Shown: positions 41,307 through 53,100 of the stretch, piece by piece
How positions within the stretch are numbered: position 1 is the stretch's first letter
Layout of the letters: the number at the start of each line of letters is the position of its first letter
Source of the DNA: Saccostrea echinata
Lineage: Eukaryota
NCBI RefSeq assembly: GCF_033153115.1
Contig: NW_026889790.1
Span: 3,596,001-3,660,000 of the forward strand
DNA length: 64,000 bases
Direction of reading: 5' to 3'
Notes under the pieces: generated by a model
Databases searched by the model: none
The model's input: the letters and a program-made list of their open reading frames with translations, nothing else
Told to the model about the DNA's origin: nothing
Program-made: the position numbers and the translations under genes

Positions 41307-42629
41307 TCTGTGGATGCAAGATGCTTTCGAAACTTAAGTTATCAATAGGGGAACATTTCCAGTAAACTGAGCATTTCTTGAGGGGAGAAAACTAAAAGGG
41401 GGAAATATTTCCCTTGCTGAATATGTGATTAGAGGAAAGGAGACCATCACTAGAGGATTATCAAAGAAAGATCACATCATAAAAAAATACATTTGAAATA
41501 CTAAGTAAATATCTGAAATACATGTATCTATTATAACTTTATTAATAATAATTCCACAAGATATGCAAAGTTTATAGTATGAAAAAGGTGAAAGAAATCT
41601 CGTTATTCCTGTAAACAGTACAAAACGCAAACAGGACAAAAACATGGACCTGATATCACAAACAAACTTATATTTTACGATATTGACTTGAGTTACTTAA
41701 AAAATAGAGGAAATCCAAAGATGTGTTTTAAATGGTGAAAAATCTGAAAATGTTCTGTTCCAAAGAAAACAATATAATAAAAGGGTTTTATTTATCGATA
41801 CGTTCTACATGACTCAGGTTAGCTTTATGTCCAATGGGTCTCATATTTGAAGTATGTTTTAAGTACATACTGGCACTTGCTAGAAGACCTTCCAGGCTAA
41901 ATCATTATTTTATTACCTTGTTATCTTTCCGTAAGGTTTTAGGAAGTATTGTTATTTCTCTCGTTTCAAACATTGTTTAGGCAGATCAAATATTTTGGAA
42001 CCATTGTAGTTAATGCCACCTCTATTGGAGCCTGCCTGAATATGCAGGAAACAGTTGTTTGACAGTTAAATGATTGCGTTTAATATAATTTCCCCCCGTT
42101 TTAATTAAGTATATAACATTTTACAGCATATGATAAAGATAAATGATTACAATGACAAAATGAATTGAAGGTTCATCATCCCTCTGCTGACTCATATAAA
42201 ATTTTGCTTTAACTCTCATGTTTTTCCAGATGAAATGTATTTATAAGTAAAATGCAAACATTATAGCTTGCAGAGCAGAATTGAACAAAAATACTGAACT
42301 TGCCAAATTTATAAAGGAATAATATGCAATTATCCCTTTAAGAGTTGTCTCTCTTATCAGAGAATCAACGAACCTTAGAGAGCAAAACATAAAACATCAG
42401 TTTTGCAAAATATCTATATCTACCATGCTATCGGGGGAATAATTTTCAAGTTAGAACAACAAAACCAGAAAAAATATGACCGGAGAATTATATTTTGAAC
42501 AACAGATAACATTTTGTTTAGAAAACTGGTAATGGTAATAAATTCATGTCTTTGTGTAGAATAAATAAACTGCACTGACTTTAACTATATAAAACCCATT
42601 CAGTACTAATGTTCTCGACACTTCGTTGT

Positions 42630-44325
42630 TTATTTCTCCTCTGGGTTTTCTACCTCTTCTGTCTCCTCGGATTCAGACGAGCTCAGCATCTCTTCTTCCA
42701 CCACTTCCGCCGGACTTGGAAAGTCCACGTATTCCTTTTCGATGTTAAGATTAGCCTCGTCCTTCAGGTCTCGGATTTTTTTCAGTTCATCTGAGAGCAC
42801 CTGATCCTCCACCTCGTCCTCTCTTACCTCCTCCTGTCCTACGTCATCGGTGTAACCTGTCAGGTAATTTACATGTCTAAATTCAGTAACAAAAAAGACT
42901 TAAAACCGTGGTCATCGGTGTAACCTGTCGGAAAATTTACGTCTGAATTCAGTAAAATAAAAAAAACTTAACCAACGTCATCGGTGTGACTTGTCAGAAA
43001 ATTTACATGTCTAAATTCAGTGAGAAAAAAAATATCTGACGTCATCGGTGTAATCTGTAAGAAATACATGTCTTGATTCAGTTAAAATGAAAAAAAAAAA
43101 AAAACCCCACAATCACAGTATCAAACACGAATCTGTTTATGATATACAAATATACTTATACGAGACTGGTGGTTTAATTAACCATATAAAAGAAAAAAAA
43201 ATTCTATTACATTATTTTGAGTCAAAACTGTCAAATTGAAAATAAATTAAATCCATTTTCGTTTTATTTCATCAAAGGAGAATTTAAGCCACTAAATATG
43301 AGTATTTATTCTGTAAAACGCACCTATACCAATTATAGTCAGGAAATTCGGTTAGTCCTTAGTTAAGCGCAAGCCTCATTGAAAATAAGTCTCCTACAAA
43401 CATCTAGGTCTCATGTCTCGATAAGTATTCTTAAGAGGGCTCACAAGTATTTTTTTTTTGTTCTAGTAATCACTTCGTCCACTTTGAAAAGAAGTACAGC
43501 AAAAAGGATTTGTTTGATTTCACAATCATATTTTTAAGAACGTAAATTCTCGTGTACTATGGCAATTGCTTAGAAAAACTGAAACAACATATGGAATTAA
43601 TATAATTCTTTTCAGATTTGTAATCGAACATTCCACAAAATGTCACTTTTCCCTAATGCGTCTTATTGCTGTATTTTATCTCAATAATCAAACATAAACT
43701 CAATATTCAAATACAAAATCAAGTTACTTTAGTAAAACAACAAAACAGTTTCGCCGTAAGATCAATTTGTTCTCTATTTACCTGTTTAATTCGGTCTGTC
43801 TCTATATTTTATCTGTCTGACTGATTATATAATCGTCTTATTCCTGTTTTACCTGGGCTGTCTCTAGATTATACCCTTTCTGACATAATCTTACCTGGAT
43901 CTTTTTTTCTCTTAAGTACTTGTTATATTCTAGATATATAGATAACATGTTATTTATGCCTTTTTACCTGTCTGACATCATATTTACCTGTCTGACATCA
44001 TATTTTACCTGTCTGACATCATATTTACCTGTCTGACATCATATTTTACCTGTCTGACCTACCCGTTTAATTACAGATTTTACCTGTCTGACTCCTTACC
44101 TGGATCTTTTTTATCCTCCACGATCTCCTCCAAATGCTTGAGAAGGAAGGCTTGTTTCTCCAGAACATCCCCGATGTTGTACATTTCCTCTTGAAGATTC
44201 TTAATTTTCTTTTCGTGAGCCTCCATGGTTGTTAGTAGCACATCCACTGCCTCCTCAAGCTCTGAGACAGGGAGGGGACTAGCCCAGGCCAGGGGAAACA
44301 GTAAGCAAATCCACAGAAACAACAT
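42630..44325 (-). CDS. Acidic secreted orphan protein, ~150 aa. Exons 44100-44325 and 42630-42856
   Basis: Signal peptide MLFLWICLLFPLAWA|SPLP, heptad-like LEEAVDVLLTTMEAHEKKIKNLQEEMYNI. Phase-1 donor CCAG|GTAAG joins acceptor ctgacag|GTTACACC in frame to a Glu-rich tail. TATA-like element at ~44410-44418. Confidence 0.75.
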
Positions 44326-45045
44326 CTCTCTATCAGGTCTAGTTCATGTATGAATTTTGTGTTTGCAGCTTTGACTGAAAAGTGCTTGAGACTTGCACTT
44401 GACAAATCTTAATATAGGTGATAGCCGTGTTGGTAGAAAGGCCATTTCTCAGCAGACGTACATTTTGTCTTGTGTAAGTGAAACTAGATCTCCATATCAT
44501 GTTACTGGTGGTGTGAGTTCTGAGTGTGGGTTTTCATATTTTATTTCAATGTAATGATAATTAAAAGACATGGCAATCCAAAGAAGAACTGTACACGTAA
44601 TTAAGCCAAGACAGAATTTTTTCTGTGAAAGTCTGCACTCATAATAACAGTAATTAGCTATAGAGCAGGAAGTCAGTTCTTTGACGGACATGAAGTATTT
44701 AATTATCCTACTTTTGATGTTGGAAAACTTAAGCACTTGTTGATCCAGATTTGAATAAAGAACAAAAAAGGTACATGGCCACTTCTTGACAAGAAACACC
44801 GGTGGATACAAGTTTTGGTGTCAGGCGACATGAAACTTGATACTTGGGAGTGACACCTTCGGTGTACCTGAAATAAAATAGTCGGAAATTGGTCTGCTGC
44901 TGCAAAAAAACCTGTGTAATTATTCAGGCAGAAAACAGTAGGTATGTATATGTGATAGTTTAATGAAAATAAAGAATGAATGCACCTTAACAAAGTATAT
45001 GACGTAATGCATTACGTAATCCCATCTGCTAAAAAAGAAAAACAA

Positions 45046-45893
45046 AACAAGATGTATTTGTGGAACACTGATGCCCCCATATTGCAACTTATAGCGAAGG
45101 TTAAACTTTCTCTAATGCAAATCAAATATGTTGGTACCCAAAGTAAGTTCTTGTCCCGAGGAATATACCTGTGAAATATGAAAGCCCTAGCAGCAACCAT
45201 TTAAAAGATATGTAAAAGGTAAAAAAAATTCAAAGATAAATCAAACATCAAGGTCAAGGTCAAAATTAATGGTGCCCTAGGAAAGGCCTTCTCACAAGAA
45301 ATACACATATGAAATATGAAAGCCCTAGCACCAACCGTTCAAAAGATATGGCCAAGTTTAAAGTTTATCAAAAGTAAGTCAAACTCCAAGGTCAAAGTCA
45401 AAAGGTCAAAGCTGTTGGTATCCAAAGTAAGGTCTTGTCACAAGGATTACACATGTGAAGTATGATAGCCCTAGCACCAACCGTTCAAAAGTTATGGCCA
45501 AGGTTAAAGTTTTTCAAATGTAGGTCAAACTCCTAGATCAAGGTCAAAGGGTCAAAGTAGTTAGTATCCAAAGGAAGGTCTTGTCACAAGGACTACACAT
45601 GTGAAGTATCAAAGCCCTAGCACCAACTGTTCAAAAGTTATGGCCAAGGTTAAAGTTGGGTAAAATTTTGTAAAACTGGGTCAAACTCCAAGGTCAAGGT
45701 CAAAGGTCAAATATGATGGTACCCTAAGAAAGGTCTTGTCACAATAAATACACATGTGAAATATGAAAGCCATAGCTCCAACCAATCAAAAGTTATGGGC
45801 AATGTTAAAGTTTTTGCGGACAAACAGATAAACAGACAAACCGACAGACGGACGGACAGGGCAAAAACTATATACCCCCGAATCTTTGATACG
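45046..45893 (-). mobile_element. Non-autonomous Helentron/pearl-type element, same family as 32740-34009
   Basis: Reverse complement of the 146-bp core, (gaca/gacg)n and both termini. Confidence 0.85.
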
Positions 45894-46289
45894 CCCAGTT
45901 TAATTTTTCAGACAGAAAACAGTAGGTATGTATCAATGGTAGTTTAATGAAAATGAAGAATGACCTAAATGCACCTAAACAAAATATGACGTAACGCATT
46001 ACGTAATCCGATCGGAAACTTCACAAGGTCCTAGTAAATAAATAGGATGAACTTCTCAGATATTGCGAGCTTGAGTTGATTGAATATCCTTATCAGATTG
46101 CTTTATATTTTATCATGAGCAATACTTGGGTTGTTTAATTTATCTCCCTCGTCTAACAATTATCCAAAATTTTCATGTATATCACGCAATTTTTTCAAGG
46201 TAATTTTTGAGAATTTCTGGCCATCATCCCTCTACTCAGTTATATAAAATCTTACCTTATTGCTTATGATTTTCCAAAATGAAATATTT

Positions 46290-46835
46290 TATCAAGCTCA
46301 AAAGTCCATTGAATCAATACAAATCAGGAGCAGAGCAAACACAGACCTCTAAAAGCATCACAGGTGGGAACAGGTGCCATGGAGGAGTAAGCAGTGTACT
46401 CCTTGTCATGATCAGGAAAACGGAAAATCCGTAGTCAATTCAGTGTGTAAATAATGGCATAACAGTATGAAAAACGTCAGTCAGCATTCGACTTAATGAT
46501 ACATTGTATTTGCCGACAAGGTCATCGTATCGAGAACAGAGGCTGCGAAATGTTGACTTCTAACGAGATTGTTGGTATTCTTGTTTCGTCAACTTGTTTG
46601 TAAATAGCTTGCCTCGTTTTAAAAATTTAAAAAACCTTTAAAAAAATATTCGTAAGTAGAGCATGCTTTTGCTATCGAATCAACTGGGAGACATAAACTA
46701 CACATGCAGATGATAAGGGTATATTGCTTCATAAACAAGAAAAGTTGAAATCATCACGTTTATCATAAAGTTTTGTTGTTAGGTTACCATTAACGTCTTA
46801 TTCTAGTAGAAACAGATGTGTCGGATTCTGTGGTG
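46290..46835 (-). mobile_element. Penelope-like RT retroelement 3' fragment
   Basis: Reverse-complement similarity to 48640-49230. Confidence 0.7.
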
Positions 46836-47254
46836 TTCTTTGGAGTTTTTAAATATCCACATCTGATTTACACCACTCCTCGAATATTTTGATGTGAAAT
46901 ACTCCTTAAGTTTCTCCGTCACTGCTGTTAATATTACTAGTGAAATCTAATTTATAATCAAAATTAACACAACCCTAGCATACCTTCCTGAGCTAAATTT
47001 GACAGGAATGGACAGTTAACTTGACAATTTGTAAAGGAATAATGGTCACTTACACAAGTATGAGTTATCTCTCTTATCAGAATATCGATAAACCTTAAAA
47101 ACCCTTTATTAAATACTTCAACAGGATATCTTTCAATGCCCCATCCCTAAATAAAGATGTTAAGACTTTATATGATATACGAATAATGTTAACCATTCAC
47201 AATGCTTTATGTAAATTTGTAGGATTGATACTCCAACTCTACAACTACCATTAT

Positions 47255-49665
47255 TGCTCATACTAACTTCAGACTTTTTCACTATACCTATATTTATTGG
47301 TCTTGAAACCTTTTCAGCATTTAGTATACATATTCATTTTGGTCTAGAGTCTTTTTCAGTAAACCTTCTTGAGTCCTTTTCACTATACGTTTTTATCTCT
47401 GTCTTTGAGCTCTTTCCAGTATACGTTCTTGAGCCCATTTTAGTTTACGTTTTTGTTTTTTCTCAGGGCTTGAGACTTTTTCAGTTTATCAATTTTATTC
47501 TGGTCTTGAGCCCTTTTCAGTATACATAATTGAGCCCTTTTCAGTATACCTTCTTGAGCCCTTTTTAGTTTACGTTTTTGTTTCTTCTCAGGGCTTGAGA
47601 CTTTTCAGTATTCTAATTTTATTCTTGTCTTGAGCCCTTTTCAGTTTTCGTTTTTATTTCAGTCTTTGAGCCATTTTCAGTGTACATATTTATTTCTGTC
47701 TTTGAGCCCTTTTCAGTATAACTATTCATTTTTGTCTTTGAGCCCTTTTTACTATACCTAATTATTTCTATCTTGAGCAATATCATACTTGAACCCTTTT
47801 CAGCATACGATTTTATTTTCTTTCTTTGAGTCCTTTTCAGTTTCTGTATTTATTTCTTCTTGAGACCTTTTCAGTATATCAATTTATTTCTGTCTTGAGC
47901 ACTTTTTAGTATACATATTTTTTTGTCTTTGAGCCCTTTTCAGCATACCTGTTTATTTTTGTCTTTGGGCCCTTTTCAGTATACTTTTAATTTCTGTCTT
48001 GAACTCTTTTCAGTATACGTAGTTATTTTTGTCTTAAAGCCCTTTTTAGTATATGTATTTTTTCTTCTTTGAGCCAATTTCAGTATGCCTATTAATTAAT
48101 GTCTGGAGCCCTTTTTCAGGATAACTATATATTTTTGTCTTTGTGCCCTTTTCAGTGTACCTATTTATTTCTATCTTGAGCACTTTTCAGTATATCGTAC
48201 TTGAACCCTTTTCAGCATAGGATTTTATTTCTATTTTTGAGCCCTTTTCAGCATACCTGTTTATTTTTGTCTTTGAGCCCTTCTCAGTATACTTTTAATT
48301 TCTGACTTGAGCCCCTTCAGTTTACATATTTATTTCTGCCTTTGAGTCGTTTTCAATATAACTATTTTTTTTTTTTTGTCTTTGAGCCCTTTTTCAGTTT
48401 ACTATTGATTTCGGTCATGAGCCCTTTTCAGCATCCAATTGCTCCCCATTGTTAGCAGACCTATTTTGTATTTATATGAAGCAGAATTTATTCAAAATCT
48501 TATACATGAGAAAAAGAAATATCTTGCTGTGGCCTTCAATTCGACATTTAGATATATCGACGACGTATTATCAATTAACAATAGTTACATGTATTTCCAT
48601 TCATATGTCGACACGATATATCCCAGTGCGCTTTAAATAAAAGATTCCACAGAGTCTGACACATTTGTTTCATATTTGTATATTTTACTACAAAAAACGT
48701 CAATGGTAATCTAACAACAAAGCTTTATGATAAACGTGATGACTTTAACTTTTCAATCGTCAACTTCCCTATGCAGCAATATACCCTTATCACCTGCATA
48801 TGGGTTGTATATCTCTCAGTTGATTCGATACGCAAGAGGATGCTCTGAGTACAAACAATTTCTAAAACGAGGTAAGTTATTGACAAACAAGTTGATAAAA
48901 CAAAAATATCAATGTTCTCGTTTAACGTCATCATTTCGTAAGTTCTATGGTCGATACAATGACCTTGTCATCAAATACAATCTATCAATAATTAAGTCAT
49001 ATGCACTGACGTTTTCCATACTAAGTGTTAGGCAATTGTTTACACATTAAATTGTCGACGGATTTTTTCCGTTATTTCCCGACCATGACAAGGAGCACAT
49101 GGCGGATGTGACCGGTCGGCAGGGGATGCTCACTCCTCCATGGCACCTGATCCCACCTCAGATGTTTTTGAGATCCGTGTTTGCCCTGTTCTCGATTTGT
49201 ATTGTTTTAATGGACTTTGAGCTTGAATACTGTTCAATATCTCCATATTTCATTTGAGCCCTTTTTAGTAAATGTATTAATTTTGTCTTTGAGCGCTTTT
49301 CAGTATATGAATTTATTGCTATCCTTGAGTCGTTCTTAGTATACCTTATTCTGTCTTTGAGCCCTTTTAGTATACGTACTTGAGCCCTTTTCAGTATATG
49401 TATTTATTTTTGTTTTGAGCTCTTTTCAGTTTACTTTTTATTTCTATCTTTGACGTTTTTCAGTTTACGCGTACTTTTCAGTAGGCGTTTTCGTTTCTGT
49501 CTTTGATCCCTTTTCAGTAAGTTTTATTTGTTTTGAGCATTTTCAGTATACGTATTTACATGTATTTCTGTCTTTGGGCCCTTTCAATATACGTTTTTAT
49601 TTTTGTCTTTGAGCCCTTTTCAGTACACATTTTTATTTCTGTCTGAAGCCCTATTCAGTATATTT
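47255..49665. repeat. Degenerate ~35-36-bp T-rich satellite (core ttgagcccttttcagtata), interrupted by a retroelement
   Basis: Dozens of gagcccttttcag cores on both sides of 48438-49252. Confidence 0.85.
48438..49252 (+). mobile_element. 5'-truncated Penelope-like (possibly Naiad-type) retroelement, RT C-terminal half, frameshifted
   Basis: Motifs PLLADLF, FNSTFRYIDDVLSINN (YIDD), YDKRDDFNF, SNIPLSPAYGLYISQLIRYAR, SSFRKFYGRYNDLV and the conserved 3' tail. Clade assignment is from recalled motifs, not a search. Confidence 0.8.
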
Positions 49666-50104
49666 ATTTCTCAACCTCTGGAAGAAATATGTGGGGAACA
49701 AATATTATGTTTATGTCTCTCAATTAGAATATGTAGATTTTTAAGTAATTAACCAGGCAAGACTGTACATATTTATTTTATCTTGATGCACAAACCTTCT
49801 AAATAAAGAACATTTAAATAAACAAAAAAATTATTTATAAATAACAAAGGAATGTGGTGATGGTAGTTGATAATGATTTTAAACAAACGCATACTTTATA
49901 ATTCACTTTCATTTAGTTACAAACTTTCATCCAGTTACATGGCAGTATTCTATAAAGGCTTTCAATATCATTGTTCAGCATTGCATTCTACAATGTTACA
50001 ACAAAATTAATTCTTAGATCCTTAAGTCTTTTGTTCTCAGGTTTTCTACTTTGGCGGAGTCTGAGTCTATCGCTGCCTATCTATCACTGTTTCCTCACAG
50101 GTAT

Positions 50105-53100
50105 TCACACGACAGACACATACATTGCAAACGAAACGGAATGTTCCAGGGAATCCCCGCCCACATACCCAGCATCCAACATTTCCAAAGATCCATCCCA
50201 GTTTGATTGGCGGATCCAGTTGTTAGGTTCCAGGTCTTCTGCCATATTGTCCGTGTAGTCCCACTGCAAAGCCAAGTCGGCGGATCCTAAAGTTCCACTT
50301 AGCACGTTTTTTGAGCTCCGCCTTTCACGCAGTGCCGCCATGAAGTCATGTGACAAGGTCAAGTGGGAAGCTGCCAACATTGATGTTTCAATATTCCTGT
50401 TAGGAGTACTGCAGAGAGGTTGGAATTTGGAGAATGTAGTGGGTATCTGACATGTGTTAAAAGAACGCTTCCTCCGTTTGTTTAGCAGATGTAAAATCAG
50501 TGAACGAATCAGAAGATATCCCACTCCGGACCCTAGTCCGATTGTCAGGAAGATCCACACATTATATGTCATCAGTGACATCACAAGTAAACAGCAGACG
50601 TAGACACGGAACACGTGCAGAAAAGCCATCAGGCAGTGCTGAAAAGTCACCGAGTAACTGCTCCCTTCCAGTGTGTACCTAAAACATTGTATAAAAATGA
50701 CAAAAGTTGTCAAATATTCAACATTATTACATGCTTAAAGCTAGGACATAGATGGAAAGAAAATGTATTTTTGAGGGTAAATAATCTATATTCCCAAACA
50801 TCAAACACTCAGGAATAAACATTTACTATACTGTGTAAAAAACGGAGATTGTCTCTTCATGACTATGCTTCTCATATAATTAATGTACCTGCTTATTTCA
50901 GTTTTTGTTAACTTTAAATTGTGTGGCGGACTAATAGGAAACCCAAAATATTTATACTGAAGGCCAGTGTAGGGATTTTTCTATTGAGTGAACAGAGTGA
51001 GAATTTAGGTTAAGACAGTATGGCTTCTTTTGTCGAAGTAAGAGATAACTATTAAACATAGATAAATTCCTAGACTCCATGACATCATGATCATGATTTA
51101 CCTGTCGTCGTTGATCTTCTCGGTGAGGCTGATGAAGGCGCGCACAGTCTCGTGAATTAATGTGAGTACCAGCGTACAGAGAAGGGCACCAGTTAAGCCT
51201 ACAACACAAAAGTCACATGTTAGTTACCTATACTGGATACTTAATCAATGACATAATATAATAATAATTCTATTTGTAAATACAGTGATTAAGCAACCCT
51301 CGATATACACTATATTCATGGGCCTCATCCTTTGGGCTTGGTGAATACATTATTCCTTAGGTAGCTAAATTTTCTTAACATACTGTCTTACTTTTTCACA
51401 GTTATCGTTGAAAAATTGAATGGAATAATTTTGCAATATTTTTGCGATGTCAATTTTCTGCGAGATTTTCCTGTGACCCATTTTAATACAAAGTCATGCC
51501 AAATCGTAATTTAGTGATAATAATTTTTCAATATTTTTGCGATGTCAATATCCTCCGAGATTTGCCTGAGACCCATTTTTACACTTCTTTTTGTGAGAAG
51601 GGCTACAGAACCCTAGTATTAAAGACTACCGTATGTAAAGCCCCCTGACCTAGCTATAGAAGTTATAGTGACTTCCTGTACAGATATAAGAACATTTCCC
51701 TTTTTTATTTTCTCTTTCATTAACAAGGATTACACCCCCCAACCCATACACACATAAATGAAAGTCAGGTGCTTTATTGTTAGGAGACATAACTATTTCC
51801 TTCTTTCTCTGTTTAAAATTCCTTAATTCACCCTGAATTATCGTACTATTAAATGTAAAGATAACGAACAGTGATCATTCTAAAAAGTCCAAATAAACAA
51901 TATATAAACAATATATAAACAATACAATTTATGAGCAGAGCCAACATGGACTTCTGAAAACAGAGGAAAGATCAGATGCCACGGAGGAGCAAGCATCCCC
52001 TGCCAACCGGTCACGCCAGCCGTGAGCTCTTTGTCATGATTGGAAAAAGGTTAAATCCGTAGACAATTCAGTGTGAAATTAACAGCCTAACAATTTTTAT
52101 GAAAAACCACTGTCAACATTGGACCTTACGAGGATTGTGTTTGCAAATCAGGTTCAGGTGTATCAGGTATCGAGCATAGAATTTGCAAAATATTGACTTT
52201 AATCGAGATTGTTGATATTCTTGTATCTTGAATTTATCATAAAGTTTAGTTGTCAGTTTGTCATCAATGTCTAACTTAAGTAAAATATCCAAGTATGAAA
52301 CAGATGTGTAAGACTCTGTTGTGTCTTTATTTCGAGTTCAAAGGGATATATCGAATCAACGTAGGAACGAAAATGAATAGTGTTAATTGATAAAACGTCG
52401 ACGATATATCTAAATGTTAAATTGAAGGCTACATCCATAGGCATCGGAACCGGGGGGGGGGGGGGGGGGTAGGGGGGCTAAGCCCCCCCACTTTTTTTTG
52501 CAAAGATAGACATAGTATAGGCATTGAAAATTGGGGCTTACCTTTTTTCGCTGGTTTAGACCCCCCCCACTTTCAATTAGCCCCCCCCCCACTTTCAATT
52601 TGCTTCCGACGCCTATGACATCAAGAGAGTTCTTCTAAAGTAGAAGTTTTTTTTTAAGATAGAGTCTACTTCATATGAATACAAAAATAGATCTGCTTAT
52701 AATGATGGACAACTAGTACCCATGGAAATTCCAAAAAGTCTGTTGGAAGACCTGGACTCCAAAAACCACAGATAATCAAGCATCATTTTAATATCAACTA
52801 CTTTGGAGAATCAGAATGTTTTCAAAATGACCTAAAACAATGTATGCAAATTAACGAGTTTCAATTTTGTTCAAGAAGCAGTTGTCTATGTTGTCAAAGA
52901 GTCTTGTCCTTGATTTATCGTGGGGAATGGTTTTATAAAGTGTTGAAAAGTGCATTTTGTTGCTATTGATTTTGATAATTTTTCAAATTTCAAATTTTCT
53001 AAAATTTCCTTAGAACTTTTAAGTATCCACATCTGATTTACACCACTTCTCTTATATATGTTGTTGTAATTACTTCTAAAGTTTTTCCTTCACTGCTAAT

